Assembly (NCBI GenBank): GCA_038496445.1
Contig: JALMLS010000537.1
Span: 1 to 64,000 of the forward strand
DNA: 64,000 nt
Source: Trichosphaerium sp. ATCC 40318
Lineage: Eukaryota > Protista > Tubulinea
Reading direction: 5' to 3'
Under the pieces are notes generated by a model, which saw only the letters and a list, made by a program, of their open reading frames with translations, did no database searches and was not told the origin of the DNA. Positions 63,201-64,000 of this stretch are shown here, piece by piece (within the stretch, counting starts at the first letter, position 1; each line of letters opens with the position of its first letter). Made by a program: the position numbers and the translations under genes.

Positions 63201-64000
63201 CAGTATTCACAATAATGCCTAATCTCATATCAAAAACAACTTGCACCGTTATGCCGTGGGTTATTGACCTTGGATTCATCCTTCTTTTCGGGTACATAGT
63301 CTTTTTTTTCTTCTTTTTCTTTTTTGTTTTGTGCTAATCTCTACCCAGACCTTTGCTTTCAAAGACTTTGCGTATCGAAAGATTATTCAGTAATAAGACA
63401 ACTGAAATATTCAGAATCAGCGATAAAGTTGTATTATTTTGGGTAGCATTACTTGTTCTTGCCCAAGTCATTCTATTGTCTGTTCTGGTACGCCTTTACT
63501 AAGCCCCTCTTACTCTTCTAATTTTTTTATTTGTTAGACTGCTGTTGGTAGACCTGAAACGGTTATGGTTGTCCTTGATGCTATACGAGTAAATGAGAAT
63601 TACTGGAGCTGTTCAGCAAATAATGGATATACAATAATTCTTTATGTAATTTGTGGTTCAAATGTACGTTTCTTCACTTTGTGGTTTTGACCCTTTACCA
63701 CGTGATTTTTTCCAACGTTTTTGTTTTGTTTACAAACTTAGCTTTTTGTAGGGCGTATTATTACTTGTTTGTAGTATTGTAGCTTTTAGGATAAGAATGA
63801 TTCCTATCAACGTATTCAACGAGTCAAAGATTATTTTCTTCACAGTTTACAATGTCACTTTCTTTGCGCTTCTTAGCTTTGCTCTTGCAGTAGCTAATAT
63901 TAACAGGTTCACACGGTTTGTACTTGTTTCCATGTTTCTGTTGGTTGGTTCAGGCACGTGAAATTATCACATGTTTTTTGTTCGTGACTGTTTTCTGACT
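60242..64000 (+). CDS. Second class C (Grl-like) GPCR, runs off the window end
   Basis: Signal peptide MATKHGCIYVLLCLAIFAQTSVG, VSLLMGPQS, LIYPMPKWHERIF, RVK|ASSPLFMGLMLVG, CTVMPWVIDLGFILLFG…KTLRIERLF and IRMIPINVFNESK. Confidence 0.8.

Noticed and set aside
1-64000. Alternative genetic code (stop reassignment)
   Set aside because: Nearly all apparent internal stops (e.g. 1665) fall in introns. TAA, TAG and TGA all terminate genes, and Trp is encoded by TGG at conserved sites.
1-64000. CRISPR array, rRNA, or an autonomous transposon or provirus
   Set aside because: No repeat-spacer array, rRNA-like segment, transposase/RT/integrase motif or viral core gene was recognised.

Overview
AT-rich, gene-dense eukaryotic (protist) DNA with many short (mostly ~45-100 nt) spliceosomal introns. 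The ORF track therefore shows exon fragments, and the gene models below were spliced by eye. Gene content (Grl-like class C GPCRs, darlin/SmgGDS, filamin repeats, ankyrin-ART) suggests an amoebozoan, by inference. Housekeeping-type genes: DHX57-like DEAH helicase, SmgGDS-like ARM protein, TM-type tRNase Z, TDP2-like EEP nuclease, MTHFS, YciI-like protein and tRNA-Leu(CAA). The standout is a VIT-vWA-TPR-DUF2135 gene (24603-30624, minus strand). Its centre holds a spliced, low-complexity insert of roughly 650 aa containing diverged pieces of histones H2B, H4 (tail motif amplified) and H3, and of the spliceosomal proteins Prp22/DHX8, MFAP1 and Cdc5L. This is a candidate bait or integrated-decoy system. 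Also notable: a head-to-head duplicated pair of secreted 10-Cys peptides with identical mature sequences; dispersed intronless F-box/LRR and F-box/MORN genes and relics of giant-virus-like style; several unusual fusions or pseudoenzymes (ankyrin-ART, PX-PfpI, WH2-EEP); GC-AG introns with a GCACGT donor; and strong enrichment of the palindrome CACGTG. All homology calls are from recognition of motifs by memory, not from database searches.
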